NCBI GenBank assembly: GCA_000025185.1
Contig: CP001848.1
Span: 3,300,001 to 3,332,000 of the forward strand
Reading direction: 5' to 3'
DNA length: 32,000 bases
Source of the DNA: Pirellula staleyi DSM 6068
GTDB taxonomy: Bacteria > Planctomycetota > Planctomycetia > Pirellulales > Pirellulaceae
The stretch's first letter is position 1, and the number at the start of each line of letters is the position of its first letter. Below, one piece after another: positions 1 to 8,630 of this stretch. The position numbers and the translations under genes are program-made. The notes below the pieces were generated by a model. That model was given only the letters and a program-made list of their open reading frames with translations, searched no databases and had not been told where the DNA came from.

Positions 1-1102
1 GTTCGTAATCCTGTCCGTAGGTCGCGGCCCCACTTCGCAGCTGCGAGGCGTAAACCACTCCTCCGAGTCCAGCGAGGGCTCCGCAAAGGGCATAGATCAC
101 CACCAGCAGACGCTCGGTTCGTATGCCACATAGCACCGCCGCTCGTGGATTGCCACCGAGTGCATAGAGGTGCCGGCCGAACACCGAACGCTGCAGCAGA
201 AGTTCGCAAACGCCAAACACAACACCCATTAGCACCACGCAATTGGGGATTCCCAGCAGCGTCGCGCCGTTGCCGAGCCACCCCAGCGAAGGTGGAACCT
301 GGTTGATCGATTTGCTTTCGGAGATCAAAAACGAAAGCCCCCCGACGATCAGCATGGTTGCCAGCGTGACGATGAACGGCGGCATCTTCAGTAGCGCGAT
401 GATCGTTCCGCTGGCTGCTCCAACGGCGGCACACACAAGTATCGCCGTGAGTCCGCACACAACCATGCCGATGGTGGAAGCTTGCTCGGCGCCAGCATAG
501 TCGCGAATCAGTCGCGTCATCACCACGGCAGAGAGTGCCACTAGACTCCCCACCGATAAGTCGATCCCTCCACTGATGATCACGAGAGTCATACCAACCG
601 CCAGAATCGAGATCACCGCGATTTGACTCGTGATGTTGATCAGGTTCTCGCTCTTGAGGAAAGCAGGCCAGTAGTAGCTCGTCGCGCTGACGACCGGAAT
701 CGGCTGATCGACCCCCAGCAACTCATTCGCTTGAGAAACAGGAACCCACGCTGACGCCACGCGATGACAGACAATCGCATCGATCGACTTCTTCTCCTTC
801 TTCAGCTCGCGGAGCATGTTGCCCACATCAATCGGGGTTCCTTCGACTTTGGCAACCACTTCGAGGCCACTCTCAACGAGCTGTTTTTCGCACGCTGCTG
901 TGAAGGCCCGATCGCTTTCGGTTCCGCGAGCTACCACCAAAATTCGCTGGGCCTTTGGGTAACGCGCTACGAGCGATCTGGCTGCTTCGTTTCCCCCCGA
1001 GGCCCCTTCGGGAGATTGTTCGCGCCAGGTGAGGATGCTGAGCGTTAGCGCGAGCACCAGCAGTGCGACAATCAGTTCTGTACCTGGAGGAAATCGTCGC
1101 AT
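1..1102 (-). CDS. Sugar ABC transporter permease, RbsC/AraH type. The 3' end runs off the window. It carries an extra ~120-aa domain between TM1 and TM2.
   Basis: The frame is open from ATG 1100-1102 (minus) to the window edge, so it is absent from the ORF track. My translation starts MRRFPPGTELIVALLVLALTLSIL. The core shows RbsC-type motifs AVGMTLVIISGGIDLSVGS, PPFIVTLATM and GRHLYALGGNPRAA. It lies directly downstream of a sugar-binding lipoprotein gene. Confidence 0.85.
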   Translation of the reverse strand, partial: MRRFPPGTELIVALLVLALTLSILTWREQSPEGASGGNEAARSLVARYPKAQRILVVARGTESDRAFTAACEKQLVESGLEVVAKVEGTPIDVGNMLRELKKEKKSIDAIVCHRVASAWVPVSQANELLGVDQPIPVVSATSYYWPAFLKSENLINITSQIAVISILAVGMTLVIISGGIDLSVGSLVALSAVVMTRLIRDYAGAEQASTIGMVVCGLTAILVCAAVGAASGTIIALLKMPPFIVTLATMLIVGGLSFLISESKSINQVPPSLGWLGNGATLLGIPNCVVLMGVVFGVCELLLQRSVFGRHLYALGGNPRAAVLCGIRTERLLVVIYALCGALAGLGGVVYASQLRSGAATYGQDYE

Positions 1103-1169
1103 GGATCAACGGCGTTCTAAGGGGAGAGGCGTGAATCGAGGCTGCTAACTTAGCGTTAGTGCAATCACC

Positions 1170-2171
1170 CTACGGTGCTGATTTACCGCGATAAAGTCCC
1201 GTTGGAATCAGCTGTTCTTTCGGCACTTCTTCACCCCGAAAGTAGCTCACAATACTGGCGGCCACTCTTTTGCCGATCTGGTCGGGATGCTGAATCGGGT
1301 CGGCAAAAATCTTCCCTTCATCAATCGCTTGCATTCCATCGGGTTGACCATCGAAGCCAACGATTTTTACCTGATCGGCTTTGTTCGCTTTTTCGAGAGC
1401 CGCCCGAGCACCGAGGGCGCTTGGGTCGTTGATTGCGAAGATGCCAGCGAGATCGGGATGAGCTTGCAGAGCATCTTCTGCCGCCTTGTATGACTTGTCT
1501 TTCTGACCATCACCAGGAAGCTCCGACACGATTGTTATCGCGCTCGAGGGGTTCTCGCTGTTGTGCTTGTCGATCACTTCCTTGAATCCCTGCACGCGCA
1601 GAATGCACGACTCGGCTGCTTTGAAGTCGAGGATCACCACTTTGCCACCGGCGCTTCCAACCGCTTCAATCATCGCTTCGGCAGCTTGTTTGCCACCACC
1701 CAGATTGTCGGTGGCAATGTGCGAAACAACTTCTGCTCCCGGCGCGAGGCAGGCAATGTCGGCGGTGAAAACGGGAATCCCCGCCGCAGTAGCTTCCTGA
1801 ATAGCGGGGCCAATTCCACGACTATCGCAAGGACAGAGCACAATCGCCGCATGTCCCGCGACGATGAAATCCTTCACCTGATTCTTCTGCCGCGCAACAT
1901 CAAACTCGCCACTCACCACCTCGACGTCGTAGCCTTCCTTGACGAGTTCGGATTTGATGTTGTCGGCAATCACATTAAAAAACGGATTGGTGGTGGTCAG
2001 CAGCGAAACGCCAACCGTCCCTTTGCTAACGCTTCCCTTGGTCGATTCACCACTGTCACTACTCACAGGAGTGGGGCTGGAAGGTCCACCGCAACTGAGC
2101 GCCACACACGAGAGGACCAACCAGGCCAAGTATGCCACACTGCGCCAAGCGTTACCTACACGAAAGAACAT
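1170..2171 (-). CDS. Periplasmic sugar-binding lipoprotein of an ABC transporter (RbsB-like, Peripla_BP family)
   Basis: This is ORF 1170..2273 trimmed to ATG 2169-2171, which is preceded by GGAG. It has a signal peptide with lipobox VALSC-GG. Body motifs are VGVSLLTTTNPFF, VLCPCDS, GIPVFTADI, ATDNLGGG, FAINDPSALGA and VGFDG. Confidence 0.85.
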   Translation of the reverse strand: MFFRVGNAWRSVAYLAWLVLSCVALSCGGPSSPTPVSSDSGESTKGSVSKGTVGVSLLTTTNPFFNVIADNIKSELVKEGYDVEVVSGEFDVARQKNQVKDFIVAGHAAIVLCPCDSRGIGPAIQEATAAGIPVFTADIACLAPGAEVVSHIATDNLGGGKQAAEAMIEAVGSAGGKVVILDFKAAESCILRVQGFKEVIDKHNSENPSSAITIVSELPGDGQKDKSYKAAEDALQAHPDLAGIFAINDPSALGARAALEKANKADQVKIVGFDGQPDGMQAIDEGKIFADPIQHPDQIGKRVAASIVSYFRGEEVPKEQLIPTGLYRGKSAP

Positions 2172-2235
2172 CAAACAATCTCCTGAGAGAGGAAGGAGTG
2201 GTTGAACGTGGGAGAACGAAAACAAACGAGCAGAA

Positions 2236-3861
2236 CTACTGCGGCTGTTCAATCGCGTAGAGCACGCGGCCACTTCGCATATAGATCCGCCCGTTGATTG
2301 CAGCTGGGGATGCCAGAATCGGATCGGGGAGCGAGTTCTTCCCCACCAGTTCGTACTTGCCAGACGCCCGAATCAGATAGGTCACACCCGTTTCGCTCGG
2401 AAAATAGATCGTATCCCCCAGCAGTACGCCTGACGCGGAAAACTTGTCTCGAATCCGTTCTTGCCACACAAACTCGCCGGTGAGTGCATCGACGCAGGTG
2501 GCGATTCCAAAATCATTCACCACGAAAAGTTTGTTGTCGAACAGAACTGGCGAGGGGACGTGTGGACCACCACGAACAGCGGTCCAGGCGAGGTGTGTTT
2601 CGCTGACATCGCCACTACCACCAGGACGAACAGCAAGCGTGGGACCTTGTCGCCCTGAAGCGGAGTAGATCAGCCGCTCGCCGATCACAATCGTCGGGAC
2701 CACTTCTTTGGTGGGACCTGCGAGCGACCAAAGCTGTTTGCCGGTGCGGGGCTCGTAGGCGGTGAGCATTTCGCCACCAGCGTAGAGCAATTCATCGCGC
2801 TCTTTCATCCGGACGATCGTGGGAGTCGACCACCCCATCGCTTTGGGGCGCTCGATGCTCCAGACACGTTCACCGGTCACTTTGTCGAGCGCAACGGCGA
2901 GGGAAGCTCCTCGGTTTTGATCGTGGACCAGGATCACGAGATTCTCGTAGAGCAGGGGGCTAGCGCCGCTCCCCCAGAGGCTGTTGAAATTCGACGTGTC
3001 GTACTTCCAGAGGAGCTTGCCTTGCATGTCGCAGCAGATCAGTCCACCCGATCCAAAGTACGTGATCACACGCTCCCCATCGGTCACCGGTGTGGCGGAT
3101 GCAAAGCCGTTTTTGTCGCGTACATCGGGCTCGATTGCATGTTCGGGAAGCTCGTAGGTCCAGACGATCGCTCCGTTCTTCGTGTCGAGGGCATGCAGAC
3201 TCCGCTGGCTCCCAGCTGCTCCTGCGGTCGTGAGAAAAATACGATCGTTCCAGATGACGGGCGAACTGTTGCCGTCTCCTGGAAGCGTCGCTTTCCAGGC
3301 GATATTTTCCGTGTCACTCCACGTGGTAGGCCATTGGGTGGAGGCGTCACCCACGGCAATTCCTTGACCGGTGGGACCACGAAAACGGGGCCACTGTTTC
3401 TCGGCGCCGGGCGAGGGGAGCACGATTGCTAAGTCGAGCGCGGGGACTTCGCTCCCCCGCACTGTTCCCGCTGCCATCGCGACTTGCCCTTTGTCGAACG
3501 GCGCCGTCTGCTTCCTTTGGGCATAAACGCCCCGAATCAGGTTCAGGTAATCCTCGCGAATCTTCGCGCGGCGCTCATAGGCTGCCTGCAGCGCGGGGTC
3601 GGCCTTCACCTTCTCGAGCCCCCCTTGCTGCTTGGCAAAAGTGGCTGCCGAGTCGCGCGTCTCGACCCGTCGCCATTCAGCATCGAGATCGGGGCCGTTC
3701 ATTTGCGCCAGGAGTGCCGCATACTCCTGGCTCTGAGTGTCGGACTCGAGGAGTCGCAAATCATCCCCTAGAGGAAACTTGTCCTCCGCTATGAGTGTGC
3801 ATGGCAACGTGATGAGCATGACTGCGATAGCGGCGCATCGAAAACCGTGAGCGACGAACAT
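2236..3861 (-). CDS. Secreted PQQ-like beta-propeller repeat protein with an N-terminal helical region
   Basis: This is ORF 2236..4002 trimmed to ATG 3859-3861, giving a signal-like start MFVAHGFRCAAIAVMLITLPCTLIA. It contains WPRFRGPTGQG followed by repeated propeller blades (AWK..., IVWTYE, LLWKYD, RVWSIE, QLWSL, FVWQERI). Confidence 0.75.
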   Translation of the reverse strand: MFVAHGFRCAAIAVMLITLPCTLIAEDKFPLGDDLRLLESDTQSQEYAALLAQMNGPDLDAEWRRVETRDSAATFAKQQGGLEKVKADPALQAAYERRAKIREDYLNLIRGVYAQRKQTAPFDKGQVAMAAGTVRGSEVPALDLAIVLPSPGAEKQWPRFRGPTGQGIAVGDASTQWPTTWSDTENIAWKATLPGDGNSSPVIWNDRIFLTTAGAAGSQRSLHALDTKNGAIVWTYELPEHAIEPDVRDKNGFASATPVTDGERVITYFGSGGLICCDMQGKLLWKYDTSNFNSLWGSGASPLLYENLVILVHDQNRGASLAVALDKVTGERVWSIERPKAMGWSTPTIVRMKERDELLYAGGEMLTAYEPRTGKQLWSLAGPTKEVVPTIVIGERLIYSASGRQGPTLAVRPGGSGDVSETHLAWTAVRGGPHVPSPVLFDNKLFVVNDFGIATCVDALTGEFVWQERIRDKFSASGVLLGDTIYFPSETGVTYLIRASGKYELVGKNSLPDPILASPAAINGRIYMRSGRVLYAIEQPQ

Positions 3862-4012
3862 TGCGGCCGAGTTCCTGTCGTGAAATTCAAGGGGAGAGGT
3901 GAGTGCAAGAATCGCAGGGGAACCAATTCCTGGTTGCGAGTGTAGCCACTGGCTGCACCACGCGTCAAAATATCGCTCCGACGATTTCCATCCTTTGAAC
4001 AAGGCTCGCGCA

Positions 4013-4900
4013 ATGCAGCACCTCTCGATTGGCCCGCTTTACTACGAATACTCGCGGCATAACGAGCCTCGCTTGACGGTCCAGCCGGGGGAGATTTTCT
4101 CGGTCGATAGCGAGGATGCTTTCAGCGGGCAAATCCGCACCGATGGCGACCGTCGCGATAAAACAAAGGTTCCCGGAAGTAATCCGCAAACAGGGCCAAT
4201 TGTGGTCGTCGGCGCACAGCCAGGGGATGCGCTCGCCGTGACGATCCACTCGATCGAACCGCTCATTGGCCAATGCGCGACTCGCACAGGGGATGCTCGT
4301 AACTTAGCGCAGTGGCTGGGACCTGATTGCCCGCATGGGGTGCATATTTGCCCGATTCGTGAAGGGCAGATTTTCTGGAGCAATGAAACCACGATTCCCT
4401 ATCGGCCGATGCTCGGTTGCATCGGTACCGCTCCAGCCCATGGTGTGCCGACGACACTTCCTGCGGGCCCTCACGGGGGGAACATGGATATCGTGGAAGT
4501 TGCACCTGGGCACACGGTGGTGCTGCCGGTCTTTGTCCCAGGCGGCTATCTCTACTTGGGAGACGCTCATGCCGCGATGGGGCATGGTGAGCTGTCGGCC
4601 AGTGGGCTCGAGATGCCAGCGCGATCGATTCTTTCGATCGAGTTGCGGAAAGGCAATAACTTGCCATCGCCGCGCATCGAAACACCGGAGGAGATCATGA
4701 CGATTGTCAGCGGCGCTCCGATGGAACAGTCGATCGCGCAGGCCTTTGCGTACTTAATCCTCTGGATGGAAGCCGATTTTGGTGTTCCCCGCTGGCGCGC
4801 GTACGATCTGCTCACGCATGTCGCGAGAATCAGCGTGGGCTATTTCCCCATCGGCACTGTCGGTGTGAAAGTCCCGCGCAAGTATCTTCACGCTCGCTAG
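4013..4900 (+). CDS. Acetamidase/formamidase family protein
   Basis: This is ORF 3899..4900 trimmed to ATG 4013. The sequence has the family pattern as I recall it: TVQPGEIFSVDSEDAFSGQI, NPQTGPIVVVGAQPGDALAV, GGNMDI, LYLGDAHAAMGHGE. Confidence 0.8.
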   Translation: MQHLSIGPLYYEYSRHNEPRLTVQPGEIFSVDSEDAFSGQIRTDGDRRDKTKVPGSNPQTGPIVVVGAQPGDALAVTIHSIEPLIGQCATRTGDARNLAQWLGPDCPHGVHICPIREGQIFWSNETTIPYRPMLGCIGTAPAHGVPTTLPAGPHGGNMDIVEVAPGHTVVLPVFVPGGYLYLGDAHAAMGHGELSASGLEMPARSILSIELRKGNNLPSPRIETPEEIMTIVSGAPMEQSIAQAFAYLILWMEADFGVPRWRAYDLLTHVARISVGYFPIGTVGVKVPRKYLHAR

Positions 4901-4994
4901 TCCCCTATGCTGGCAACATTCGCTGCCGAGCAAAATCATTCCCTGGCAACTTGCCCAACCTCGCCTCTCACTTCTCACCGAGGATTGTTTTGAC

Positions 4995-6797
4995 ATGAAA
5001 CGTTTTCTCTCTCTCCTCGTCGTTGCACTCGCAGCGGCGTTTTCTTCGAGCCTGGCCGCTGCTGAAACAAGCAAACGCCCCAACGTGCTGCTGATCATCA
5101 CCGACGATCAGGGGTACGGCGATATTGGTGCCCACGGCAACACGATGATCGAGACACCGAGCCTCAATGCACTCGCCAAACAAGCCACGCGGCTGACCAA
5201 TTTTCATGTCGATCCAACTTGCGCCGAAACCCGTTCGGCACTGATGACTGGCCGCTACAGTTGCCGCACCGGTGTTTGGCACACCATCATGGGACGCTCG
5301 ATTTTGCGTCGCGATGAAACAACGATGCCACAGCTCTTCTCCTCGGGCGGATACCGGACCGGCATGTTCGGAAAATGGCATCTGGGAGACAGCTATCCCT
5401 ATCGCCCGATGGATCGTGGTTTTGGCGAGTCGCTGGTCATTGCCGGAGGTGGCGTCGGACAGTCGCCCGATCATTGGGGGAACGACTATTTCGACGATAC
5501 CTACCTGCGCAACGGCCAGCCCGAAGCCCAAAAAGGTTACTGCACCGACGTGTTTTTTCAGAATGCCAAGGCGTTCATCGAACAATCCCAAGCGTCGAGC
5601 GGGAAACAGCCGTTCTTCTGCTACATCGCGACCAATGCGCCGCACGCTCCCTACAACGTCGATCCCCAATTGGCCGAGCCCTATCTGAAAAAAGGGGTTC
5701 CTCAGCCGATGGCCAATTTCTACGCGATGATCAGCAACATCGACGAGAACATTGGGAAGCTGCTCGCTTTTCTCGACGAGCGGAAGCTATCGGACGACAC
5801 GATCGTGATTTTCATGACCGACAACGGCACTGCGGAAGGGGCTGGCCGCAGTGGGCGTCCTGGCGGGAAAGCGAAAGGGAAGAATCTCCCAGCAACAACC
5901 GACGAGCCGAAATGGAACGGCTACACCGCTGGAATGCGGGCCCAAAAGGGATCGCAGTACGAAGGAGGACATCGCGTTCCCTGCTTCATTCGCTGGCCCG
6001 GTGGCAAGTTGCCTGTCGACCACGAAGTGAAGCAACTGACGGCCCACTTCGATTTGCTGCCATCGCTCCTCAAGTGGTGCGATGTCGAGAAGCCCGCTGC
6101 TTTGGAGCTGGATGGACAGCCGCTCGATGCACTAGTGCGTGGCGCGTCGACCTATGGCTTCGACGATCGGACGATCGTGGTTCATTCACAGCGGGTCGAG
6201 TTTCCCGAGAAGCATCGCAAGACCGCAGTGATGAACGGTCCTTGGCGGCTGATTGATAACACCGAACTCTACAACATCGCCGACGACCCTGGTCAAACCA
6301 AAAACATCGCCGCCGAGCATCCTGCCGAGATCGAAAAGCTCCGTAAGTTCTACGAAAGTTGGTGGGGGAGTGTCTCGACGAAGTTTGATCAGTACGTTCC
6401 GCTCGTCTTGGGTGCTGAAGCTTGCCCGAGCGTCGACCTCTGCTGTCACGACTGGCATCCCGGGACCGAATCGATTCCGTGGAACCAAAGTGGTCAGATC
6501 GGCGTTGCAGGAGATCCATTGCAGAACGGCTTCTGGGCCGTGGATGTTGCCCGGCCAGGAACCTACCGATTCCTGCTCCACTCTCGCCCCGCTTGGGTCA
6601 AGGAGCCACTCAAAGCGACGCGTGCCAAGGTGAAGATTGGCGAGCTTGAAAAAGAGATTACGATCGATCCCCAGACGCATGAAGCGGTGATCGAACTCGA
6701 GCTTCCGGCCGGAGAGACCAAGCTCTGGACTTACCTCGAGCATGAGAACGGTAAGTCCCGCGGCGCGTACTACGTAACAGTCGAGCGGGTGAAGTAG
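4995..6797 (+). CDS. Secreted S1-family sulfatase (arylsulfatase-like) with a C-terminal beta-rich domain
   Basis: It has a signal peptide MKRFLSLLVVALAAAFSSSLAAA. Sulfatase motifs are NVLLIITDDQGYGD, DPTCAETRSALMTGR, GKWHLG, ATNAPHAPY, FMTDNG and KGSQYEGGHRVP. GAGGA lies upstream of the ATG. Confidence 0.9.
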   Translation: MKRFLSLLVVALAAAFSSSLAAAETSKRPNVLLIITDDQGYGDIGAHGNTMIETPSLNALAKQATRLTNFHVDPTCAETRSALMTGRYSCRTGVWHTIMGRSILRRDETTMPQLFSSGGYRTGMFGKWHLGDSYPYRPMDRGFGESLVIAGGGVGQSPDHWGNDYFDDTYLRNGQPEAQKGYCTDVFFQNAKAFIEQSQASSGKQPFFCYIATNAPHAPYNVDPQLAEPYLKKGVPQPMANFYAMISNIDENIGKLLAFLDERKLSDDTIVIFMTDNGTAEGAGRSGRPGGKAKGKNLPATTDEPKWNGYTAGMRAQKGSQYEGGHRVPCFIRWPGGKLPVDHEVKQLTAHFDLLPSLLKWCDVEKPAALELDGQPLDALVRGASTYGFDDRTIVVHSQRVEFPEKHRKTAVMNGPWRLIDNTELYNIADDPGQTKNIAAEHPAEIEKLRKFYESWWGSVSTKFDQYVPLVLGAEACPSVDLCCHDWHPGTESIPWNQSGQIGVAGDPLQNGFWAVDVARPGTYRFLLHSRPAWVKEPLKATRAKVKIGELEKEITIDPQTHEAVIELELPAGETKLWTYLEHENGKSRGAYYVTVERVK

Positions 6798-6828
6798 CTC
6801 GACTGCGCGATAACTATCCGCTGGTCAG

Positions 6829-7350
6829 TCAACCGGCGAGGCGTTCGATCCGTTCGATCGAATCGTCGATCTCGCCAGCGGTCGGTACGTAGCGAAATTG
6901 CATCAGATACGCGTCTTCGGTCGTATCTTCGTAAAAATCTCGGAGCAGCGAGATGGCGCGGAAACCGAGGTCGCGGAAAAAGAGCTGCGCCGAAAGATTC
7001 GTTTCGCGAACTTCCAGCATGATGCGGCTGCGACGTTCGCGCGATAGCTTGCTGACGAGCTTGCGGAGCATTTGGCTCCCGATACCACGACGACGAAGGT
7101 CGGCCGCCACGGCAAAATTGAGCACATGCAAACGGTTGCGATGCAACTCGTAGATCATGAAGCCCACAACCCGCTCGTTATGCTCGGCCACCATGCCGAT
7201 GCAATTCCGCTGACGCAAACAGCGGATGAAGTCCTCTTCGCACCAGGGAAACTCGAAAGCGCCCGCTTCGATGGCAAGCACCTCGGGCATATCGCGACGA
7301 ATCATCCAACGGATGTGAACCGGCACCTGCGTTTTTGTTTTGGTCGTCAT
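6829..7350 (-). CDS. rimI: GNAT family N-acetyltransferase, RimI-like (ribosomal-protein-alanine acetyltransferase type)
   Basis: This is ORF 6829..7431 trimmed to ATG 7348-7350, which is preceded by GGGAGGGAG. The layout is RimI-like: LAIEAGAFEFPWCEEDF, VVGFMIYEL, LNFAVAADLRRRGIGSQML, MLEVRETNLSAQLFFRDLGF, EDAYLM. Confidence 0.65.
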   Translation of the reverse strand: MTTKTKTQVPVHIRWMIRRDMPEVLAIEAGAFEFPWCEEDFIRCLRQRNCIGMVAEHNERVVGFMIYELHRNRLHVLNFAVAADLRRRGIGSQMLRKLVSKLSRERRSRIMLEVRETNLSAQLFFRDLGFRAISLLRDFYEDTTEDAYLMQFRYVPTAGEIDDSIERIERLAG

Positions 7351-7620
7351 CGGTGGCTCCCTCCCGAACTTCCCTACTGGCACGCTGTGCGTCAATTGTC
7401 GAACGAGACCAGTTGTCGCCACCACCAGCATCCCTGCAGGCTCGGACCGGCGACCTTTCGTTCATGAGTGGGCGTAGGATACCGAGCCTTGAATTTTCAG
7501 CCAATACGAATCGTGGCAGTTGAACAAACAGTTGTCCAACTCCCAGAAGATGCTAGCATTGCGAGCGTCTTTCTTTACCCCACACGTGAATCATTCCTCG
7601 TTCTAAATGTCGGCTTGAGT

Positions 7621-8625
7621 ATGGCAAAGTTTAAGCATGTTTTTTTAGACACATGTGTCTGGGATGCCATGAAGTACGACTTCGATGGAAAGCAGTTTAT
7701 AGCTCTTGCGGATCTTGTTGAAGCGAACGACGCGAGGGTTCTACTACCTAAATCGACTGAGCTTGAAATAAATAGACATCTCGAAGATCGGGCAAATGAG
7801 GCTTTCGCGCAAATTAGAAAGTGTAGTCGAGATGCTCCGTTCGCTCGCTCTCTCTACTCAACTGATTTGCTAAGTGGCGATGAAGTGTTGGGCCAACTAA
7901 GAGAACTTGCTAGGAAAGCGTGGGCTGCGGCGAAGAAAAGGGTGCGGTCGAGATCCATAGGATATTCAGGCATCGATCTAGACTGTGTCATGGAGCAGTT
8001 TCGATTGAATATTCCACCATTTGGAAAGTCAAAATGCCAAGAGTTTCCCGATGCTATTACGATTCAAATACTGAAAGCCTATTCCAATAAATTTAAACTG
8101 CCGATTGCGGTAGTTTCGCAGGATAAAGGTTTCTTAGAGGCCTGCAATAAGATAGCTAGACTCATCACTTTTGATTCACTTCCAGGGTTCTGTCAATCTC
8201 AGATTGAATCGGAAAATCTGGTTGGAGTTGCCTGTTCACTGTTGCGAGAGAATGAATTTGAGAAGGTCCTGCAGTTAGCTCGTACAGCTGTCGAAAACGT
8301 CACTTTTGAATCCGACGACGATGACTTTGAATTGACTAACCAAGAGATAACGAGGCTGGAGATTACCGCGTTAAATATTGTCGCAATTGCGAAAAACTCC
8401 TGCGTTGCGCGTATAAAGATTGAGGGGGAGGTAATGCATACAGTTGTGCCTGATGTGGGATTGTTTGGAGCTGTTTCTTCGCGCGAAGTCGATCATACTA
8501 TTATTGAGGACTTCGAACTCTTTGGTGATTTGAAAGCCGAATTCGATAGTTCATGGACCAAAATAGTAAAGCTTGCCCCAATTCAACTCGATGATGAATT
8601 CGTCACTCTGTTCGTCCAAATATAA
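7621..8625 (+). CDS. Solitary PIN-like (DUF4935-like) predicted nuclease with an uncharacterised C-terminal domain. Low GC, probably horizontally acquired.
   Basis: This is ORF 7468..8625 trimmed to ATG 7621, because the PIN beta-1 strand KHVFLDTCVW begins at residue 5. Four acidic positions sit in PIN order: D10, E47/E49, D144 (QEFPDAITIQ) and D168 (VVSQDKGF). Hand GC counts give about 40%, against 55-65% in the flanks. Confidence 0.7.
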   Translation: MAKFKHVFLDTCVWDAMKYDFDGKQFIALADLVEANDARVLLPKSTELEINRHLEDRANEAFAQIRKCSRDAPFARSLYSTDLLSGDEVLGQLRELARKAWAAAKKRVRSRSIGYSGIDLDCVMEQFRLNIPPFGKSKCQEFPDAITIQILKAYSNKFKLPIAVVSQDKGFLEACNKIARLITFDSLPGFCQSQIESENLVGVACSLLRENEFEKVLQLARTAVENVTFESDDDDFELTNQEITRLEITALNIVAIAKNSCVARIKIEGEVMHTVVPDVGLFGAVSSREVDHTIIEDFELFGDLKAEFDSSWTKIVKLAPIQLDDEFVTLFVQI

Positions 8626-8630
8626 CTACC

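Noticed and set aside
7468-7620. N-terminal extensions in ORF-track models: 7468-7620, 2172-2273, 3862-4002, 3899-4012, 7351-7431, 11425-11487, 30333-30401 and 25064-25099
   Set aside because: Internal ATG starts give proper signal peptides or canonical protein N-termini and are preceded by GGAG-type ribosome-binding sites. The extensions would also create gene overlaps and add sequence unrelated to the recognised family.
6829-8625. GNAT plus PIN-like gene as a toxin-antitoxin or two-gene module
   Set aside because: The genes are divergently transcribed and 270 nt apart. The GNAT has native GC and a RimI-like rather than TacT/AtaT-like sequence. No RHH/HTH antitoxin-sized ORF is present.
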